Virus record (IMG/VR): IMGVR_UViG_2579778660_000003
Length of the DNA stretch: 9,567 nt
Strand: one strand, 5' to 3'
From: a virus
Taxonomy: Duplodnaviria; Heunggongvirae; Uroviricota; Caudoviricetes
In this document: positions 6,713 through 9,567 of the stretch, one piece after another
Position numbering within the stretch: position 1 is the first letter of the stretch
Layout: each line of letters starts with the position of its first letter
Notes under the pieces: generated by a model
The model's input: the letters and a program-made list of their open reading frames with translations, nothing else
What the model was told of the DNA's origin: nothing
Databases searched by the model: none
Program-made: the position numbers and the translations under genes

Positions 6713-6734
6713 CGCTGCCGCCATTTTGTCGCCA
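6713..6734. repeat. Right copy of the 22-bp direct repeat; putative attR core
   Basis: CGCTGCCGCCATTTTGTCGCCA at 6713-6734 matches 19-40 at 21 of 22 positions. It lies directly after the ogr stop, where attR is expected in a P2-family prophage. Confidence 0.5.
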
Positions 6735-6798
6735 TCGTTAAAAAACAGTGCTTCTAACGTCATGATTTTAAACGGCATAAATTTCAGGCAACAAAAAA

Positions 6799-6835
6799 CC
6801 CATCAACCTTGAACCGAAATGGCGGGGGTGATGGG
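6799..6835 (-). terminator. Possible terminator hairpin downstream of ybjL
   Basis: CCCATCA (6799-6805) and TGATGGG (6829-6835) can pair, and on the - strand the stem is followed by a U-run (plus-strand AAAAAA at 6793-6798). The loop is long (23 nt), so this is weak. Confidence 0.25.
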
Positions 6836-6947
6836 CTCCACAAAATGGGGACATCAAAGAAAAGCAGTGGCACTAATTAAGACTGATGCCCTGCGGAAAA
6901 GTTCTGCGGTTGTGCAAAAAAATTTCATTTTCAGGGCAACTTCAGTT

Positions 6948-8633
6948 TTATCCTAATCCTGGCCATACCATGACGATGATTGTCCCTGCCAGCGTCAGCA
7001 GGACGTTGGCGATTGCGTAGGTGCCCGCATAGCCCAGCGCAGGGATGTTACTGCGAGCTGTATCACTGATGATCTCCATTGCCGGCGCGCAGGTGCGTGC
7101 GCCCATCATTGCGCCGAACAACAGTGCGCGGTTCATTCGCAATACATAAGCACCGAACAAGAAACAGATAACCACGGGCACAAGACTGACAATTAATCCG
7201 GCAATCAACATCTGACCGCCAATCGCGCCCAGGCCGTTATTAATACCGCTACCGGCGCTCAGACCAACGCCTGCCATAAACACCATCAAGCCGAACTCTT
7301 TCACCATGCTTAATGCACCTTGCGGAATGTAACCGAAGGTCGGGTGGTTAGCACGCATAAAGCCCAGCATAATTCCGGCGAATAACAACCCGGCAGCGTT
7401 CCCCATGCCGAAACTGAATGTGCTGAACTGGAAGGTGATCATCCCGATCATCAGCCCAATAACAAAGAAGGCGCAGAATGCCAGCAGGTCAGTGACCTGG
7501 CTGTGAATCGAGATAAAGCCGATGCGATCGGCGATGGTTTTTACGCGGCGGGCATCGCCGCTGACTTGTAAAACGTCACCTTTGTTAAGCACGACGTTGT
7601 CATCTATCGGCATCTCAATCTGGCTACGAATGACGCGGTTAAGGAAGCAACCGTGATCGGTCAACTTCAGTTGTGCGAGACGTTTACCTACAGCGTTATG
7701 GTTTTTAACGACCACTTCTTCAGTGACGATACGCATGTCGAGAAGGTCACGATCGAAAACTTCTTTACCGTTACGGAAGCTGGGATCGAGTCGGGCATGG
7801 GCGTCGGGATAGCCTACCAACGCTATTTCATCGCCCATTTGTAGCACGGCATCACCGTCTGGATTTGCCAGAATCCCGTTACGTCGAATACGTTCAATGT
7901 AGCAGCCGGTTTGTCGATAAATACCCAGTTCACGCAGATTTTTGCCGTCGGTCCAGGCCACCAGTTCCGGGCCGACGCGATAGGCGCGGATCACCGGTAA
8001 ATAAACCTTACGGTTGGCATCAGTGTCCAGGCCACGTTCGCGGGCGATTTGCTGGGCGCTGGTCTGTAAGTCCTGATGCTGCAATTTCGGCAAGTAACGC
8101 GCACCAACAATCAAACTCACCAGACCGATTAAATAGGTTAAGGCATACCCGAGGCTCAGATTATCCAGTGCCAGTGAGAGCTGCCTGCTTTCCATGCCGG
8201 AATGACGCAGTGTATCGCCAGCACCGACCAGAACCGGTGTCGACGTCATAGAGCCTGCTAACATACCGGCCGTCAGGCCAATATCCCAGCCAAACAGCTT
8301 ACCTAACCCTAAGGCGATCACCAGCGCACTGCCAACCATCACCAGTGCTAACATTAGGTAATTTTTCCCATCGCGAAAAAAAATGGAAAAAAAGTTCGGT
8401 CCGGCTTCGACCCCGACGCAGAAAATAAACAGCATAAAGCCAAGATTAAGCGCATCGGTGTTAATGCTGAAATGTTGTTGGCCTAATAACAGCGATACGA
8501 CTAAAACGCCAATGGAATTACCCAGTTGGATCGAACCAAGTCGTAACTTTCCGAGACATAGCCCAAGCGCGAGGACCACAAATAATAACAGAATGTAATT
8601 CCCATTTAACAATTCGGCGACGTTTATATTCAC
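6948..8633 (-). CDS. ybjL: Putative transporter YbjL (561 aa, multi-pass membrane protein with a central soluble region)
   Basis: The translation [39 protein letters not shown]... is the E. coli YbjL sequence as I recall it. GTG start at 8633-8631. Hydrophobic N- and C-terminal thirds flank a charged central domain. Confidence 0.9.
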
Positions 8634-8902
8634 GGAGGCTAACTTCTTGTTTACTAGTAAGCTGTTGAAAGAAATGGTAATTTACGATAATGTTTTTTAC
8701 CAGAATTCAGGGCGCAGATTCATTCAGCGCACCTAAACGATAGTAAAGTAACAATATATTTTACTAGTGTAATCACATTAGGTATCAACGGCTATATGAA
8801 TTGCGTTGGCCTATATTAGCATGGAATGCGAAGCGGCTTTATCTTACTGAACGCCACACTGGCGAAAAATGTGTTCGATAGACGCAGTGTCAGGAGGAAC
8901 GA

Positions 8903-9280
8903 GTGAAACATAAACAACGTTGGGCGGGGGCAATCTGCTGTTTTGTCCTCTTCATTGTGGTGTGCCTTTTTCTGGCGACGCACATGAAAGGCGCTTTTCG
9001 GGCTGCCGGGCATCCTGAAATCGGCTTGCTATTTTTCATTCTTCCTGGAGCAGTCGCCAGCTTCTTTTCACAGCGTAGAGAAGTCCTGAAACCTCTGTTT
9101 GGCGCAATGCTGGCGGCACCCTGTTCGATGCTCATTATGCGGCTGTTTTTTTCACCGACGCGCTCATTCTGGCAAGAGCTGGCATGGTTACTAAGCGCGG
9201 TGTTCTGGTGTGCGCTGGGGGCACTGTGTTTCTTATTTATCAGTAGTTTGTTTAAACCACAGCACAGAAAAAATCAGTAA
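8903..9280 (+). CDS. ybjM: Inner-membrane protein YbjM (125 aa)
   Basis: GTG at 8903 with AGGAGG at 8892-8897 (5-nt spacer). The translation MKHKQRWAGAICCFVLFIVVCLFLATH... matches E. coli YbjM as I recall it. It is divergent from ybjL and convergent with grxA, as in the K-12 gene order. Confidence 0.85.
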   Translation: MKHKQRWAGAICCFVLFIVVCLFLATHMKGAFRAAGHPEIGLLFFILPGAVASFFSQRREVLKPLFGAMLAAPCSMLIMRLFFSPTRSFWQELAWLLSAVFWCALGALCFLFISSLFKPQHRKNQ

Positions 9281-9299
9281 AGCCCTCAACGCGAGGGCT
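9281..9299. terminator. Hairpin between convergent ybjM and grxA (putative bidirectional terminator)
   Basis: AGCCCTC (9281-9287), loop AACGC, GAGGGCT (9293-9299), lying between the two stop codons. A U-tract is present on the - strand side (plus-strand AAAAAA just upstream at 9268-9273, after a short spacer). Confidence 0.4.
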
Positions 9300-9309
9300 T
9301 GTCAGACGA

Positions 9310-9567
9310 TCAGGCGTCCAGATTTTCTTTCACCCATGCAGCAAAATCGGTATAGCCGCCGATATGTTGCTGATCGACAAAAATCTGCGGCACGGTTTCT
9401 ACGGGTTTACCTGCCTTTTGTTGTAGATCTTCTTTAGTGATCCCTTCCGCACGAATATCTACATACTGATACTGAAAATCATCGCGTTCATTGCTCAATT
9501 TCTCAGCCAGATCTTTTGCACGCACACAGTAAGGGCAACCCGAACGACCAAAAATAACGGTTTGCAT
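9310..9567 (-). CDS. grxA: Glutaredoxin 1 (85 aa, CPYC active site)
   Basis: The translation MQTVIFGRSGCPYCVRAKDLAEKLSNERDDFQYQYVDIRAEGITKEDLQQKAGKPVETVPQIF.DQQHIGGYTDFAAWVKENLDA is E. coli GrxA. The start codon is at the window end (9567-9565). Confidence 0.95.
   Translation of the reverse strand: MQTVIFGRSGCPYCVRAKDLAEKLSNERDDFQYQYVDIRAEGITKEDLQQKAGKPVETVPQIFVDQQHIGGYTDFAAWVKENLDA

Larger units (their letters stand above)
19..6734. mobile_element. Deletion-reduced 186/P2-family prophage remnant (~6.7 kb): int, cargo gene, cI, apl-like, cII, small early ORFs, traR-like, dam-like, ogr
   Basis: Gene content and order read from the six-frame track, bracketed by the 22-bp direct repeat. Every gene expected between the early operon and ogr (replication initiator A, capsid, tail, lysis) is absent. 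The left boundary is uncertain because the window begins at the int stop codon. Confidence 0.7.

Noticed and set aside
6688-6763. Small minus-strand ORF starting at the ATG at 6763-6761 and reading across the right repeat (MTLEALFFNDGDKMAAASKRERHLS)
   Set aside because: No RBS, and it is only an accidental reading frame through the att core. Noted because in an island-free site it would read into positions 18-1, but there is no support for a real gene.
6736-6947. Searched the island boundary region for a tRNA or tmRNA integration target
   Set aside because: No cloverleaf-like arrangement or conserved tRNA motifs were evident by eye, and P2-family phages commonly integrate at non-tRNA sites. 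A tRNAscan run would settle this.
8370-8400. A-runs (A8 and A7) within the ybjL coding strand complement
   Set aside because: They encode Phe/Phe-rich membrane segments in frame and YbjL is intact, so there is no evidence of phase-variable slippage.
7653-8598. Plus-strand ORFs 7653-7844, 7865-8251 and 8383-8598 inside ybjL
   Set aside because: They are antisense to a full-length, recognisable YbjL CDS. Arg/Pro-rich composition typical of antisense frames.
1058-9299. Identical hairpin stem sequence AGCCCTC/GAGGGCT at 1058-1077 (prophage) and 9281-9299 (host)
   Set aside because: Short GC-rich stems recur by chance. The loops differ (ATATCA versus AACGC) and the flanks are unrelated, so this is not evidence of a repeat element.
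8816-9437. ORFs 8816-9013 (-), 8890-9135 (-) and 9210-9437 (+)
   Set aside because: They overlap ybjM or grxA on the opposite strand or out of frame, with no start signals. The real genes account for the region.

Overview
This window is an Escherichia coli-type chromosomal segment. The right ~2.8 kb is ordinary core genome (ybjL, ybjM, grxA, recognised from their protein sequences). The left ~6.7 kb (about 19-6734) is a small, deletion-reduced prophage of the P2/186 family. It runs int (1-1053, -), an AT-rich cargo gene (1136-2812, -), a 186-type cI repressor (2833-3429, -), then a rightward early operon (Apl/Cox-like, cII, four small ORFs, a TraR/DksA-like zinc finger, a Dam-like methyltransferase) straight into ogr (6494-6712), with no replication, capsid, tail or lysis genes. 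A 22-bp near-perfect direct repeat (19-40 and 6713-6734) brackets the island and is the likely att core. The candidate novel system is the cargo gene between int and cI: a 558-aa membrane-anchored coiled-coil protein with a DUF4041-like middle and a C-terminal T5orf172/GIY-YIG-like module, placed to be co-transcribed with the immunity repressor in the lysogen. No rRNA, tRNA or CRISPR array was recognised by eye. All homology statements come from reading the translated ORFs and from memory of protein families; no database search was run, and GC statements are by-eye estimates.
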